Shown in pieces: positions 20,603-33,438 of a DNA stretch of 64,000 nucleotides. The notes below the pieces were generated by a model. That model was given only the letters and a program-made list of their open reading frames with translations, ran no database searches and was not told the origin of the DNA. The number at the start of each line of letters is the position of its first letter. The first letter of the stretch is position 1. Made by a program: the position numbers and the translations under genes. The DNA comes from Gammaproteobacteria bacterium (GTDB lineage Bacteria; Pseudomonadota; Gammaproteobacteria; UBA4575): assembly GCA_965243395.1 (NCBI GenBank), contig CBDEUS010000002.1:384001-448000 (forward strand), read 5' to 3'.

Positions 20603-22144
20603 TTACCAAGTCCCTTTGGCTTTGAAGTCTTCAACTGCATTCTTTAGTGCAGCTTCAATTTCATCACTGTAATCACCCGTATCATTAATATTATCAAGCA
20701 TGTCTTTATGTTGTGATCGCATAAAATCGTGCATGGCTTTTTCAAAGTCCACTACCTTAGTTACTTCAACATCATCAACATAGCCTTGGTCTACAGCAAA
20801 TAAAGAAACAGCCATTTCAGCAATGGTTAAAGGTGAGTACTGCAATTGCTTCATTAATTCCATTACGCGCTCACCACGCTCTAACTGTTTACGTGTTTGC
20901 TCATCAAGGTCAGATGCAAACTGCGAGAATGCCGCAAGCTCACGATATTGGGCTAGGGCGAGTCGCACACCACCGCCAAGCTTTTTAATAATTTTTGTTT
21001 GTGCTGCACCACCTACTCGGGATACGGATAAACCTGCATTAATCGCTGGACGAAAACCTGAATTAAACAAATCCGATTCCAAAAAGATTTGTCCGTCGGT
21101 AATTGAAATTACATTTGTTGGTACAAAGGCTGATACGTCACCCGCTTGCGTTTCAATAATGGGTAGTGCAGTGAGTGACCCTGTTTGTCCTTTAACTTCT
21201 CCGTTAGTAAACGCTTCTACATATTCTGCATTCACACGGGAAGCGCGCTCTAATAAACGAGAATGTAAATAGAAGACGTCACCTGGATAAGCTTCTCGAC
21301 CCGGCGGTCGTCTTAACAATAAAGATACTTGTCGATACGCCCATGCTTGCTTAGTTAAATCATCATAAATAATCAAAGCATCTTCGCCACGGTCGCGGAA
21401 ATATTCGCCCATGGAACAACCCGAGTAAGGCGCAATGTATTGCATCGCTGCAGATTCTGAGGCACTGGCGGAGACAATAATTGTGTGCTCCATTGCGCCG
21501 TGTTCTTCAAGTTTGCGTACTACGTTGGCAACTGATGAATTTTTCTGGCCAATAGCAACGTAAATACATTTAATGCCAGTGCCTTTTTGGTTAATGATGG
21601 CATCAATAGCTACGGCAGTTTTACCGGTTTGACGATCACCAATAATCAATTCGCGTTGGCCGCGACCAATAGGCACCATGGAGTCAATGGATTTCAAGCC
21701 GGTTTGCACAGGCTGGCTTACAGACTGACGTTCGATTACACCCGGTGCAATTTTTTCTATCGGGGAACTAAGTGATGCATTGACTGGACCTTTACCATCA
21801 ATCGGTTCACCAAGCGAGTTCACAACCCGGCCTAACATCTCGGGACCTACGGGCACTTCAAGAATACGGCCGGTGCAAGAAACTTTGTCGCCTTCAACAA
21901 TATGTTTGTAATCACCTAATACAACGGCACCGACCGAATCACGTTCTAAGTTAAGCGCCATTCCAAAAGTGTTTTGTGGAAATTCCAACATCTCGCCCGC
22001 CATAACATCTGCAAGACCATGAATACGTACAATACCGTCGGTCACACCAACAACTGTGCCTTCAGTTCGCGCTTCAGCTACCGCTTCAAAATTTTCAATG
22101 CGGCTTTTTATAAGTTCACTAATTTCAGTTGGGTTAAGTTGCAT
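20603..22144 (-). CDS. atpA: ATP synthase alpha subunit
   Basis: GDRQTGKT; [10 protein letters not shown]. Confidence 0.99.
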   Translation of the reverse strand: MQLNPTEISELIKSRIENFEAVAEARTEGTVVGVTDGIVRIHGLADVMAGEMLEFPQNTFGMALNLERDSVGAVVLGDYKHIVEGDKVSCTGRILEVPVGPEMLGRVVNSLGEPIDGKGPVNASLSSPIEKIAPGVIERQSVSQPVQTGLKSIDSMVPIGRGQRELIIGDRQTGKTAVAIDAIINQKGTGIKCIYVAIGQKNSSVANVVRKLEEHGAMEHTIIVSASASESAAMQYIAPYSGCSMGEYFRDRGEDALIIYDDLTKQAWAYRQVSLLLRRPPGREAYPGDVFYLHSRLLERASRVNAEYVEAFTNGEVKGQTGSLTALPIIETQAGDVSAFVPTNVISITDGQIFLESDLFNSGFRPAINAGLSVSRVGGAAQTKIIKKLGGGVRLALAQYRELAAFSQFASDLDEQTRKQLERGERVMELMKQLQYSPLTIAEMAVSLFAVDQGYVDDVEVTKVVDFEKAMHDFMRSQHKDMLDNINDTGDYSDEIEAALKNAVEDFKAKGTW

Positions 22145-22196
22145 TTCTTTGTTCCTCTTTTGTACCCAAGTACTAAATAAATTATTTAATGTTTAA

Positions 22197-22733
22197 TTAA
22201 TTTGTAAGCGCAGTAGATAGTTTTTCTAAACGACCACTAACAGATCCATCAATTACTAAGTCTCCAGCACGAATTATCGCGCCACCAATAAGTGATGCAT
22301 CAATTTTAGAGGTAAGCCGTACCTCTTTGCCTAAACGATTTTTAAGTGAGGCAGTAATTTTAGCTAGTTGTGACTCACTTACTTCACTTGCAGAAATAAC
22401 TTCTGCCTCTATAGTTCCTTCAGCTTCAGCGCGGTAGTGTTCATACAACGCGGTAATTTCGGGTAATAATTTTAGACGATCATTCTCCGCCAACAGCTTG
22501 ATAAAATTTTTGCCACGTTGATCAATTTTTTCTTCACAAACAGAGATAAACATTTCAGCTGCTTGGTTTTGTGAAAGTCTTGGGCTATCTAATAAAGCCG
22601 TCATTGTAGGGTCATGTGCTACTGCTGCCATAAAGCCCAACATGTCTGTCCATTTTTGTTGCTCACCATTAGCCTTGGCAATATCAAATGCCGCTCTTGC
22701 ATACGGTCTAGCTGCTGTAGTGAGTTCTGACAT
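22197..22733 (-). CDS. atpH: ATP synthase delta subunit
   Basis: MSELTTAARPYA; VIDGSV. Confidence 0.98.
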   Translation of the reverse strand: MSELTTAARPYARAAFDIAKANGEQQKWTDMLGFMAAVAHDPTMTALLDSPRLSQNQAAEMFISVCEEKIDQRGKNFIKLLAENDRLKLLPEITALYEHYRAEAEGTIEAEVISASEVSESQLAKITASLKNRLGKEVRLTSKIDASLIGGAIIRAGDLVIDGSVSGRLEKLSTALTN

Positions 22734-22742
22734 ATCGCTTAT

Positions 22743-23213
22743 TTAAATTTGTGTAGCTAAGTCATCAAGAATGTCTTGATGCGTATCAGCATTAATCTCT
22801 TTCTTCAAAATTCGCTCAGCACCCGCAACTGCAATGGTAGAAACCTGTGCGCGCAATTGTTCTTTGGCACGGTTTACTTCTTTTTCTACTTCGGCATGTG
22901 CAGCTTCTTTAATGCGATTACCTTCTTCAACGGCAACAGATTTAGCGCCTTCAACTATTTCAGTCGCACGCTTTTGTGCTTGGCCAAGAATATCGGATGC
23001 TTGTTGTTTTGCTTCAGCAAGTTGTTTTGCGGCATTTTCTTCTGCAAGTTCTTGCTGTTTCATGCCACGTTCAGCTTCAGCTAAACCATCAGCGATTTTC
23101 TTTTTGCGTTCATCTAATGCGGCCATGATAGGAGGCCAAACAACTTTCATACAAAAAATAACGAACACCGCAAATGCTATCGATTGGCCAATAAGAGTTA
23201 AGTTAATGTTCAT
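22743..23213 (-). CDS. atpF: ATP synthase F0 b subunit
   Basis: [14 protein letters not shown]; coiled coil. Confidence 0.98.
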   Translation of the reverse strand: MNINLTLIGQSIAFAVFVIFCMKVVWPPIMAALDERKKKIADGLAEAERGMKQQELAEENAAKQLAEAKQQASDILGQAQKRATEIVEGAKSVAVEEGNRIKEAAHAEVEKEVNRAKEQLRAQVSTIAVAGAERILKKEINADTHQDILDDLATQI

Positions 23214-23249
23214 TTGACTGCCTTAATTTCTTAATGTCTGCGTTCTAAG

Positions 23250-24410
<1,161 letters not shown>

Positions 24411-24413
24411 TTA

Positions 24414-24815
24414 TTAAGTTTGCTTGAGTGTTGGTTTGCTAAAAAAATGTGTAACAAGAGGCACGACCCACATGCATGAATGCACAATAAAGTACGTGGT
24501 AAATAATGTTATTGGATGTACGTCCTTATAATTTATTAATACAATTGCAAGTAATGCGATGGCTAAAATTAGCTTAATAAACTCCGCTACATAAATGGAA
24601 CGAAGCAAAGCACCAGCTTCCGCAATTCTACGTTTCGTAAACAACTGGCGCGCAAAATACATATTTGGTAATGCACAGATTGCACCGCCTAAAAATGCAG
24701 ATAATGCCAGATTAGGTTTAGCGACAAATAAAAATGCTGCTATACAAAATGTGATTAGCCATTGCCAAACCAGAATGTGATTTATTTGCGCAGGTATTGT
24801 TAATTTTTGAACCAA
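24414..24815 (-). CDS. atpI: ATP synthase protein I
   Basis: SAFLGG..LPNMYFA..EFIK; first gene of the operon. Confidence 0.85.
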   Translation of the reverse strand: MVQKLTIPAQINHILVWQWLITFCIAAFLFVAKPNLALSAFLGGAICALPNMYFARQLFTKRRIAEAGALLRSIYVAEFIKLILAIALLAIVLINYKDVHPITLFTTYFIVHSCMWVVPLVTHFFSKPTLKQT

Positions 24816-24929
24816 TTTTTTAAATTATTAATTATACGGTTCATGCCTTCATCTCAAGCAACAGTATTTTTAAACCGCTATCGGCAACCGATTTTACGCA
24901 ACTCATCTTATGCTTTGACAGAGGCGCGA

Positions 24930-24958
24930 AGTATAAAATTTAGGCCATAAAATCTCAA
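24930..24958 (-). promoter_or_regulatory. sigma70 promoter of the atp operon
   Basis: TTGAGA-N17-TATACT followed by a GC-rich discriminator. Confidence 0.7.
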
Positions 24959-25000
24959 TAGAAACTAATGAATATGAGATCGTAACTATACGGATCTAAA

Positions 25001-25888
25001 TTATTTTGATTTGCCGATTAATTTTGCAACGATTCCCTCAAATTCATCGAGGTTGCTATATTTAATCTGCATGCGACCACTCCCATTTTGGCTATGTTGA
25101 ATCGATACGCTTGCACCTAAATGGTCAGATAAATTGTGCTCCATGCGAGAAACGTCCGGATCCTGGTGGCTCACTTTAGCATTTTTCTTTTTGCTACCTA
25201 CTTGTTGGTACTGTTTCACCAATGTTTCAGCGCCACGTACAGATAACTGGCGTTGAACAATAGCTTGGGCGCATTTAACTTGTTGTTTATCTTTTAGCGC
25301 CAACAACGCACGTGCATGCCCCATTTCTAAGTCGTTTTGATTTAGCATGGCCTTTACCGGTTCAGCTAATTCTAATAAGCGCAGGCTATTACTGACTGCA
25401 GAGCGGGAACGAGACACCACTTCACCCACTTCCTGGTGGGTCAGACCAAATTTATCGATCAAATTGGCGAATGCTTGTGCTTCTTCTAAGGGATTAAGAT
25501 CTTCACGTTGAAGGTTTTCAATAATCGCAATGGCTGCAGCTTCTTGATCATTAACACTCTTAATAACAGCGGGAATTTCTTGTAATCCTGCCTGCTGTGC
25601 TGCACGCCATCGACGTTCGCCTGCAATGAGTTCAAATTCATCGCCTGTTTTACGTACAACGATAGGTTGAACGACACCTTGTTGACGTATCGAACTCGCA
25701 AGGGCTTCAAGTGCTTCAGGCTCCATAGCCTGTCGTGGTTGATAAGGACTCTGATGAATTAAATCCACAGGTAAGGTTTGTAGTGATTTAGCCGATCCTG
25801 TGTTGTTGCTTATGGCGCTCTCGGTTTCCGCAGCACTTAGCAATACATCTACGCCTAGCGCTCCGAGACCTCGTTTTTTCTTAACCAT
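25001..25888 (-). CDS. parB: Chromosome partitioning protein ParB
   Basis: KRGLG; LIAGERRWRA; ENLQREDL. Confidence 0.97.
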   Translation of the reverse strand: MVKKKRGLGALGVDVLLSAAETESAISNNTGSAKSLQTLPVDLIHQSPYQPRQAMEPEALEALASSIRQQGVVQPIVVRKTGDEFELIAGERRWRAAQQAGLQEIPAVIKSVNDQEAAAIAIIENLQREDLNPLEEAQAFANLIDKFGLTHQEVGEVVSRSRSAVSNSLRLLELAEPVKAMLNQNDLEMGHARALLALKDKQQVKCAQAIVQRQLSVRGAETLVKQYQQVGSKKKNAKVSHQDPDVSRMEHNLSDHLGASVSIQHSQNGSGRMQIKYSNLDEFEGIVAKLIGKSK

Positions 25889-25902
25889 AATTTTACAATC
25901 GT

Positions 25903-26703
25903 TCAGTTAGCCATAGCTGAGGATATGGCATGGGTTTGTGCTTCGTCTCGACGTAACATCTCGCCCGCAAGTGCTAAATAAGCCAATGCACCACGCGAAC
26001 GCTTATCGTACAAAAGTACGGGTAAACCATGGCTAGGCGCTTCTGCTAATGTGACGTTACGCGGAATAATCGTGCGGTAGACACTTTCGCCAAAATGTGA
26101 TGTTAATTGGGCTGATACATCATTGGCTAAGTTATTGCGTGGATCATACATCGTGCGCAACAAGCCTTCGATTTTTAAATCCGGATTAGACGACATGCGG
26201 ATACGCTCGATCGTCTGTGTTAAGGCAGACAAACCTTCTAAAGCATAGTATTCACACTGGGTGGGAATAATAACGCTACTTGCCGCAACTAAGCCGTTTA
26301 CTGTGAGCATGTTTAATGAAGGCGGGCAGTCGATAAAAATATAGTCGTAGTCCTCGGTTACTTCCTGAAGGGCATTACGTAATTTAAATTCGCGCCTGTC
26401 TACGTCAAGTAATTGCACTTCGGCTATGGTTAACTGTTCATTGCCAGGTAATAAATCATAACCACCTTTGCTGCCATGAACTATACACTCGCTAATTGTT
26501 GCTTCATCCAGCAATACATTAGCAGTGCTTTTTTCGACCGTTCGCTTATCCACACCCGAACCCATTGTGGCATTACCTTGTGGATCTAGATCAATGAGCA
26601 ACACGCTGCGATTCGTCGCAGACATGGAGGCCGCTAAATTTACTGAGGTTGTAGTTTTACCTACGCCACCTTTTTGGTTAGTTACCGAAATAATTTTAGC
26701 CAT
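25903..26703 (-). CDS. parA: Chromosome partitioning ATPase ParA/Soj
   Basis: NQKGGVGKTT; DLDPQGN; IDCPP. Confidence 0.97.
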   Translation of the reverse strand: MAKIISVTNQKGGVGKTTTSVNLAASMSATNRSVLLIDLDPQGNATMGSGVDKRTVEKSTANVLLDEATISECIVHGSKGGYDLLPGNEQLTIAEVQLLDVDRREFKLRNALQEVTEDYDYIFIDCPPSLNMLTVNGLVAASSVIIPTQCEYYALEGLSALTQTIERIRMSSNPDLKIEGLLRTMYDPRNNLANDVSAQLTSHFGESVYRTIIPRNVTLAEAPSHGLPVLLYDKRSRGALAYLALAGEMLRRDEAQTHAISSAMAN

Positions 26704-26712
26704 GCGTTTTAA

Positions 26713-27339
26713 CTATACTTTTTCGACGATGACGATGTGTCGTTGTGCCTCGAGTTGTGGAATTTTTACGCGATGAGTTTTGAGTACATTATATCGTTTT
26801 GGCAACCCTTCGAGTCGATTTTGTTTGCCCAGCATAAAAATAATTCGTCCTGCCTGATCTAAGCTTTGCAGCATAGATTCGCAGCGCTCAAAAAGTTCAT
26901 TGCTATTGGCAAAAGCACGGCTGATGAGGGTATGGAATATCTGCTTGGGCAAATATTGTTCAGCTCGTTGATGCACAACCTGGATGTTTTTTAGCCCGAG
27001 TTCAATATTTGCCTGCAGAATAAAGTGGGTTTTTTTGGCGTTGCTATCGAGTAATACAAATTGCTTATCCAGGCAAATGATCGCCAGAGGTATGCCAGGT
27101 AAGCCTGCGCCGCTTCCCACATCGATAACATTTTTGCCTGTCAAGTAAACAGCAGCTGAAAGACTATCAAGAATATGCTTGCTAATAATCTCTTGCGTGT
27201 CATCGATTGCCGTTAGGTTATAGGTCTTATTCCATTTTTGCAGCAATTCAACGTAATGTTGTAATTGTTGAAGTTGAGTTTCACTAACTGTTAACCCTAA
27301 TTCCTGCACACCCCTGTTAAGTAGTTGTGTGGCATCCAT
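26713..27339 (-). CDS. rsmG: 16S rRNA m7G527 methyltransferase
   Basis: WNKTYNLTA; HILDSL; DVGSGAGLPG. Confidence 0.97.
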   Translation of the reverse strand: MDATQLLNRGVQELGLTVSETQLQQLQHYVELLQKWNKTYNLTAIDDTQEIISKHILDSLSAAVYLTGKNVIDVGSGAGLPGIPLAIICLDKQFVLLDSNAKKTHFILQANIELGLKNIQVVHQRAEQYLPKQIFHTLISRAFANSNELFERCESMLQSLDQAGRIIFMLGKQNRLEGLPKRYNVLKTHRVKIPQLEAQRHIVIVEKV

Positions 27340-27350
27340 AGGAGTTATTG

Positions 27351-29240
27351 TTAAGCGCTTTTTCGGGAAGGCTTAGATTTTAAATGTACCAACAGTAATG
27401 AAATTGTAGAGGGTGTGATTCCAGAAATTCTCGCAGCTTGTCCAATCGTTAATGGTTTAATTTCGGAAAGTTTTTGCTTAGCTTCATTTGATAATCCAGA
27501 TATCGCTGCATAGTTAAAATCTTGCGGCAATTTTACTTCTTCTTGTTGCATTAAACGCTCAACCTGTACTTTTTGGCGTTCGATATAACCAGCATATTTG
27601 GCTTGAATTTCTAATTGCTCACAAATTTCTGCAGGGATATCACTTAAATCTTGTTTGCTAAGTTTTTGCAGGTTTTCAAAATCAACTTCAGGGCGGCGCA
27701 GTAATTCATACATGCTGTATTCGTGTTTGAGTGGAGCGTTTAAAATTTCTTGAGCAGTTCTCTGATCTACATCGTTTGCTTGCACATAGCTATTTTGTAA
27801 ACGTTGACGTTGTTGTTCTAATACTTGGCGTTTATTAGAGAATGACTCCCATTGTGTTTCGGTTAAACATCCCAACTCATGTGCAGTTTCGCTCAATCGT
27901 AAATCAGCATTGTCTTGTCGAAGTTGTAATCTAAATTCTGCGCGACTGGTAAACATTCGATACGGTTCTATAGTCCCTCGTGTGACGAGATCATCAATCA
28001 TCACGCCGATGTAAGCTTGGTCACGACGCGGCAACCAGGCCTCTTGCTGACGCATATGTTGCACGGCGTTAATGCCTGCAACCAAGCCTTGTGCTGCAGC
28101 TTCTTCATAGCCGGTAGTGCCATTGATTTGTCCTGCGAAAAATAATCCTTCGATCGATTTAGTTTCCAAACTTGGCTTTAAATCACGCGGATCAAAATAA
28201 TCATACTCAATTGCATAACCGGGGCGTGTGATATGTGCATCTTCAAATCCTTTTATAGTACGCACAAATTTTTGTTGGGTTGCAAACGGCAAACTTGTGG
28301 AAATGCCATTGGGATACACTTCTTGTGTTTGCAGGCCTTCGGGCTCTATAAAAATTTGGTGTTTGTCGCGCTCCGCAAAACGCGTGACCTTATCCTCAAT
28401 AGAAGGACAATAGCGTGGCCCGGTGCTATCGATATTGCCGTTATACATTGGCGAGAGATTTAAATCTTGTCTAATAATTTCATGAGTTTGTTCGTTGGTA
28501 TAAGTGATAGAGCAGTTCACTTGTTCAGGATGGTTTGCAGATTCACCCCAATAAGAAAATACGGGTGTCGGTTTGTCACCCGGTTGAATTTCGGTTTTTG
28601 AGTAATCGATTGTGCGGCCATCAATTCTCGGTGGCGTGCCTGTTTTTAAGCGCCCCACACGTAAATCTAAATCTCGTAGGCGCTTTGCCAAGGTAATTGC
28701 CGGGGGGTCTCCCGCACGACCCGCAGCATAATTATCATTACCAATATGAATTTTACCGCCCAGAAATGTTCCGGTCGTTAACACTACAGATTGGGCTTTA
28801 AATGTGAGCCCACTTTGAGTGACCACACCATCAATGCGATCATTTTTAATTAGCAAATCATCAACGGCTTGTTGAAACAGTTGTAAATTTTCCTGATTTT
28901 CAACCTGCTTGCGAATCGCAGCTTTGTATAAAACGCGATCGGCCTGTGCGCGTGTTGCGCGAACTGCTGGGCCTTTGCGTGAATTAAGCACCCGAAATTG
29001 AATACCGCCCATATCCGCCGCAATGGCCATCGCCCCGCCCATAGCATCTATTTCTTTTACTAAATGACTTTTACCAATGCCGCCAATTGCAGGATTACAA
29101 CTCATTTGGCCAATCGTTTCGATATTGTGAGTAATGAGTAAAGTGCTTGCACCCATGCGTGCAGAAGCTAAAGCAGCCTCGGTGCCAGCGTGACCGCCAC
29201 CGATAACGATGACGTTATAAGTTTGTTCCTTCGTGCTCAT
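27351..29240 (-). CDS. mnmG: tRNA uridine modification enzyme MnmG (GidA)
   Basis: [11 protein letters not shown]; [11 protein letters not shown]; start set to ATG 29240. Confidence 0.98.
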   Translation of the reverse strand: MSTKEQTYNVIVIGGGHAGTEAALASARMGASTLLITHNIETIGQMSCNPAIGGIGKSHLVKEIDAMGGAMAIAADMGGIQFRVLNSRKGPAVRATRAQADRVLYKAAIRKQVENQENLQLFQQAVDDLLIKNDRIDGVVTQSGLTFKAQSVVLTTGTFLGGKIHIGNDNYAAGRAGDPPAITLAKRLRDLDLRVGRLKTGTPPRIDGRTIDYSKTEIQPGDKPTPVFSYWGESANHPEQVNCSITYTNEQTHEIIRQDLNLSPMYNGNIDSTGPRYCPSIEDKVTRFAERDKHQIFIEPEGLQTQEVYPNGISTSLPFATQQKFVRTIKGFEDAHITRPGYAIEYDYFDPRDLKPSLETKSIEGLFFAGQINGTTGYEEAAAQGLVAGINAVQHMRQQEAWLPRRDQAYIGVMIDDLVTRGTIEPYRMFTSRAEFRLQLRQDNADLRLSETAHELGCLTETQWESFSNKRQVLEQQRQRLQNSYVQANDVDQRTAQEILNAPLKHEYSMYELLRRPEVDFENLQKLSKQDLSDIPAEICEQLEIQAKYAGYIERQKVQVERLMQQEEVKLPQDFNYAAISGLSNEAKQKLSEIKPLTIGQAARISGITPSTISLLLVHLKSKPSRKSA

Positions 29241-29302
29241 ATGCTCAGATATTGTACTGAAGGTCATCGAATTACTCGACTCCCCATAGGTGTCATAGCG
29301 GC

Positions 29303-30637
29303 TTATTTGCCTATGCAAAACTCACTGAATATTTTGCCGAGTAGCTCGTCTGAAGAGAATTCACCAGTGATCTCGTTTAAATGTTGTTGGGCGGAGCGTA
29401 AGTCTTCAGCTATTAGCTCTAATGCCGTTGTGTCATTTAACCGCTGTGCAGCTAATTGAATATTATGCTGTGTTTGTTGTAAGGCGATGACGTGTCGGCT
29501 TCTTGCTAAAAAGGGCGTGTCGCCACTTTCCTGACCACCAAGCCGTTGACCAATAACATCAAGCAATTCGGTAATTCCCTGTTGAGTGATGGTTGATATG
29601 TAAAGTTTATCTGTGTCGCTATCTATGGTGACTAAATCACTTTTGTTATGAATTGTTATAACTTTTTTTGTATCGAACTCATTGGGCAATTCATCAATCT
29701 CTTCATCGCTCGCATCAATCAACCACAAAATTAAATCCGCCTGTTGAAGAGCTTCTTGTGCGCGCTCTATTCCTTTGCTTTCAACAACGTCATTAGTCTT
29801 ACGTAAACCCGCGGTGTCAATTAAGCGTACAGGAATGCCACAGATTTGAATGTCTGCATTTAATGGATCACGTGTTGTTCCGGGGATCTCAGTAACAATG
29901 GCCACATCACTTTGTGCTAATACATTTAACAAACTTGATTTGCCTGCATTGGGTCGGCCGGCAATCGCAAGTGTTGCGCCTTGCTGTAAGCGCTCACCTA
30001 CTTTAGCTTGTTCTAATAATTCATCTAAAGTTTCATTTAAATCTTTTAGTTGGGATTGTATTTGCCCAAGCTGCTGTCGATCTATTTCCTCGTCCGGAAA
30101 ATCTAAATTAGCCTCAATATGCATTCGCGATTGAATTAACTTCTCTAGGATTGTTTGCACACGCTTTGAAAATGCGCCTTGTAATGATCTTGTTGCTGTA
30201 CGAGCAGATTGTTCTGTTGTGCTATTAATTAAATCCGCAATGGCTTCGGCTTGTGTTAAATCAATTTTATTATTTAAAAACGCGCGCAAGCTAAACTCAC
30301 CCGCAGTTGCAAGACGTGCGCCTTCAACACAAAGCGCCTTTAACAAAGATTCGGCTACGAGTGGATTACCATGGCAGTGAAATTCGACAACATCTTCGCC
30401 AGTAAAAGATGCGGGCGCCTGAAAAAAAATAGTTAGCCCTTGGTCAATTACACTTCCGTCCTGATTTAAAAAACTCGTAAAAACCGCTTGACGTGCAACC
30501 AATGATGTCTTTGTTATCTTTTCGGCAACCTCCCGGGCTTGCTTGCCTGACAGGCGAACAATGGCTAAAGCGCCGCGCCCTGGCGGGGTAGCAATGGCGC
30601 AGATCAGTTCTTTTTGTGAGATGTTCTCATCGGGCAT
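29303..30637 (-). CDS. mnmE: tRNA modification GTPase MnmE
   Basis: GRPNAGKSS; GTTRD; FCIGK C-terminus. Confidence 0.98.
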   Translation of the reverse strand: MPDENISQKELICAIATPPGRGALAIVRLSGKQAREVAEKITKTSLVARQAVFTSFLNQDGSVIDQGLTIFFQAPASFTGEDVVEFHCHGNPLVAESLLKALCVEGARLATAGEFSLRAFLNNKIDLTQAEAIADLINSTTEQSARTATRSLQGAFSKRVQTILEKLIQSRMHIEANLDFPDEEIDRQQLGQIQSQLKDLNETLDELLEQAKVGERLQQGATLAIAGRPNAGKSSLLNVLAQSDVAIVTEIPGTTRDPLNADIQICGIPVRLIDTAGLRKTNDVVESKGIERAQEALQQADLILWLIDASDEEIDELPNEFDTKKVITIHNKSDLVTIDSDTDKLYISTITQQGITELLDVIGQRLGGQESGDTPFLARSRHVIALQQTQHNIQLAAQRLNDTTALELIAEDLRSAQQHLNEITGEFSSDELLGKIFSEFCIGK

Positions 30638-30676
30638 AGATGCGCCCTTTAAATATTGATTTATAGCAACTGAATT

Positions 30677-32380
30677 TTAATACGCTTCGTTCTCGATACG
30701 CTTTGTTATTACATATTGCTGAATAATTGAAAGAATATTATTCACCAACCAATACAACACCAAACCAGCCGGGAAAAAAGCCATAAAAATTGTCATCATA
30801 ATAGGCATCATGGCGAATATCTTTGCCTGCATGGGATCGGGTGGTGCAGGGTTTAATTTGAATTGCACATACATGCTTATTCCCATTAGTAATGGAAGAA
30901 TAAAAATTGGATCGCGCACAGACAAATCATTTATCCATAACATAAACGGCGCTTGACGTAGTTCAACACTTTCTATTAGCACCCAATATAACGCCAAGAA
31001 TACTGGCATTTGTATTAATATCGGCAAACAGCCTTTGGCAGGGTTTACTTTTTCTTTGCGATATAACTCCCAAGTTGCCTGACCTAGTTTCTGTTTATCC
31101 TCTGCATATCGCTCTTGTAAAGCTTTAACGCGCGGTTGTAGTTTGCGCATACGCGCCATAGATTTGTAACTGGTTTCTGATAATTTATAAAAAACAAGTT
31201 TGATTACAATCGTTACTAAAATGATAGACCATCCCCAATTACCGACCATGTTGTGAAACCACTGCATCAACCAAAACAATGGCTTGGACAAAATAGAAAA
31301 CATTCCGTAATCGACACTTAGATCTAGGCCTTTAGCAATGTCTTGCATGTCATCTTGTATTTTTGGTCCGGTATAAAGGCGTCGTTTAAACTCTGCGCTT
31401 GTGTTCGGAGCAATTGTTTTAGCTTCAGAAAGCATGCCTATCAAAAGTTGTTGCTCGTCGTTGGCAGCTTTAACTGCCTTGCTGTAAAAACGATTTTGCT
31501 CACTTTGCTCTGGCACCCAGGCAGAAACAAAATAATGCTGCAGCATGGCGACCCAGCCACCTTCCACAGACATGCTGATGGGTTCATCTACTACGTCTTC
31601 AAAAGAGTGTTTGTGGTAGGCGCCATCAAAATATGCAGTGCCCGTATACGTTGGCAAACGTAACCAGCTGCGGTTTTCTGGAACAGGGCTATGTCTGAGT
31701 TGTTGATACTGTCTTCCAACCCACGTGCGATCACTGCGGTTTGTTACACGATGAGTAACGTCGTAGACAAAAGCTCCGCGCTTGAACGTGTAAATTTTTT
31801 CTACTTCAATACCATTTAGACTTTTCCAAGTGAGGTTTACTTTTAACTCATCCTTACCTTCTGCCAGCTGATAGTTAGTTTTTTCTACGTTGTAAATTTC
31901 ATGGTGTGTGGGCGCCATGCCGGTAATCGATTGACCATTTATTTTGTCATGACGTAAGCCGGATTGTGCAATATACGTGCGTGCATCGCTGCGCATTAAA
32001 CGAAATGCTTCATCATTTTTCTGTAAAGAAACAGGATAGGTTGGCAAATCTACTTGGCGAACATCGCCACCGCGTGTATCAATAATGATATCCAACACAT
32101 CGGTTCGTACTTGTATTTTCTTGCTGCGATTTTTGGTTTGATGAATTTCAGCAACATTATTTGTAGCTGCTGTGTCCTGCGGTGCGTCGAGTGCATCAGG
32201 AATATCATCTGAGTTCTCAGACAAGTTTAAATCATCCGCTACATTGTTGGATATTTGCTCATTACCTTCTTGAGTAGCCACCGAAGGTGGGCGCGGAGCA
32301 TGTTCCTGTTGCCAAGTAAGCCATATCACATATAGCAAAAAAGCCAGTGCCAGATATAGAAAGAATCTTTGGTTTTCCAT
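30677..32380 (-). CDS. yidC: Membrane protein insertase YidC
   Basis: VDYG..GNWGWSII..GCLPILIQMP. Confidence 0.98.
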   Translation of the reverse strand: MENQRFFLYLALAFLLYVIWLTWQQEHAPRPPSVATQEGNEQISNNVADDLNLSENSDDIPDALDAPQDTAATNNVAEIHQTKNRSKKIQVRTDVLDIIIDTRGGDVRQVDLPTYPVSLQKNDEAFRLMRSDARTYIAQSGLRHDKINGQSITGMAPTHHEIYNVEKTNYQLAEGKDELKVNLTWKSLNGIEVEKIYTFKRGAFVYDVTHRVTNRSDRTWVGRQYQQLRHSPVPENRSWLRLPTYTGTAYFDGAYHKHSFEDVVDEPISMSVEGGWVAMLQHYFVSAWVPEQSEQNRFYSKAVKAANDEQQLLIGMLSEAKTIAPNTSAEFKRRLYTGPKIQDDMQDIAKGLDLSVDYGMFSILSKPLFWLMQWFHNMVGNWGWSIILVTIVIKLVFYKLSETSYKSMARMRKLQPRVKALQERYAEDKQKLGQATWELYRKEKVNPAKGCLPILIQMPVFLALYWVLIESVELRQAPFMLWINDLSVRDPIFILPLLMGISMYVQFKLNPAPPDPMQAKIFAMMPIMMTIFMAFFPAGLVLYWLVNNILSIIQQYVITKRIENEAY

Positions 32381-32393
32381 TCTTTATGACTTT

Positions 32394-32633
32394 CTATTTT
32401 GGCTTGAGATTTTTGGGTACTGGGTCAATGCCACCTGCATGCCAAGGATGGCAACTTGCTACACGTTTTATAGCAAGCCAGCTACCGCGATATGGGCCAT
32501 GCTGCTGCAATGCCTCTAAAGCATATTGTGAACACGTTGGATGAAACCTACATTGTTGTCCTAACCATGGGCTCAGCAGTAAGCGATATGCCTTGATTAA
32601 GATAATTAGAAATTTACTTATCAACGTATGCAT
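32394..32633 (-). CDS. yidD: Membrane protein insertion efficiency factor
   Basis: CRFHPTCSQY..CHPW..GGIDPVP. Confidence 0.96.
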   Translation of the reverse strand: MHTLISKFLIILIKAYRLLLSPWLGQQCRFHPTCSQYALEALQQHGPYRGSWLAIKRVASCHPWHAGGIDPVPKNLKPK

Positions 32634-32637
32634 TCTT

Positions 32638-32994
32638 TTAAACTTGTTTCCACAATGTTTCGATTTGTAGCTTAAGGGTTTGCTTAAATTTCGTTTTTTT
32701 GATGGCTTTGATAGGGCGTTTTAAAATTACGATATAGTCGCAGGTTGGAAGAGACGTTTTTGTTTGACGAAAACTCTCTCGGATAATTCTTTTTATAGTA
32801 TTTCGATCTACTGCTCGCTTAGCGTTGCGTTTAGCTACTACAATCCCAAGGCGCGGTTGTCCAATTGCGTTTTCTCTTGACAGTATCGTAAAGAATTCGC
32901 TGTTCGATTTTATTGCTTTATCAAAGACTCGAGTATATTGGCTTGCGTTTTGTAGCCGGTCTAGATGTGTGTACGCGTTTCTTTTAACTTGCAA
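32638..32994 (-). CDS. rnpA: RNase P protein component
   Basis: PRLGIVVAKR..AVDRNTIKRIIRESFR. Confidence 0.95.
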   Translation of the reverse strand: MQVKRNAYTHLDRLQNASQYTRVFDKAIKSNSEFFTILSRENAIGQPRLGIVVAKRNAKRAVDRNTIKRIIRESFRQTKTSLPTCDYIVILKRPIKAIKKTKFKQTLKLQIETLWKQV

Positions 32995-33024
32995 AAATTC
33001 TTGTTAAAAAATCAATAGCAAAAA

Positions 33025-33174
33025 CTATGGTCGTCTTGTTTGCGGACAAAGACGTGCGCGACCACGTGCACGACGAGCATTGATTACAGCACGACCACCT
33101 TTTGTTTTCATTCTAGCTCTAAAGCCATGCGTTCGTGCGCGCTTTAAATTACTAGGTTGATATGTGCGTTTCAT
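33025..33174 (-). CDS. rpmH: 50S ribosomal protein bL34 (49 aa)
   Basis: Manual translation [49 protein letters not shown]; absent from the ORF track. Confidence 0.97.
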   Translation of the reverse strand: MKRTYQPSNLKRARTHGFRARMKTKGGRAVINARRARGRARLCPQTRRP

Positions 33175-33303
33175 ATTATTCCAATTTAAATTTTAGTTAG
33201 TTCGTATTCCATCGATTTAATTATTCTATTTTAGTAAATGATTATTGCATTTACATTGCCACTACTTTTATATACTTAGAATAATTATTTAATAAGGTGC
33301 GCA

Positions 33304-33332
33304 AAAATAATCGCGCTACTAACATTTGTCAA
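33304..33332 (-). promoter_or_regulatory. sigma70 promoter of rpmH
   Basis: TTGACA-N17-TATTTT. Confidence 0.65.
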
Positions 33333-33354
33333 CGATTATTGTCTGACATTAAAC

Positions 33355-33385
33355 AGTGGATAACAATCCTATTACTGGATAGACT
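33355..33385 (+). promoter_or_regulatory. dnaA promoter with overlapping DnaA box
   Basis: AGTGGATAA (one mismatch from a DnaA box) overlaps -35 TGGATA; N17; -10 TAGACT. Confidence 0.55.
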
Positions 33386-33438
33386 GATCTACCCCTTAAC
33401 GATTTTACAACAATTATAAACTTACGGGAGTAGGCAGC

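Noticed and set aside
29241-29302. E. coli-type oriC upstream of mnmG
   Set aside because: Only 62 bp, with no DnaA boxes or GATC cluster
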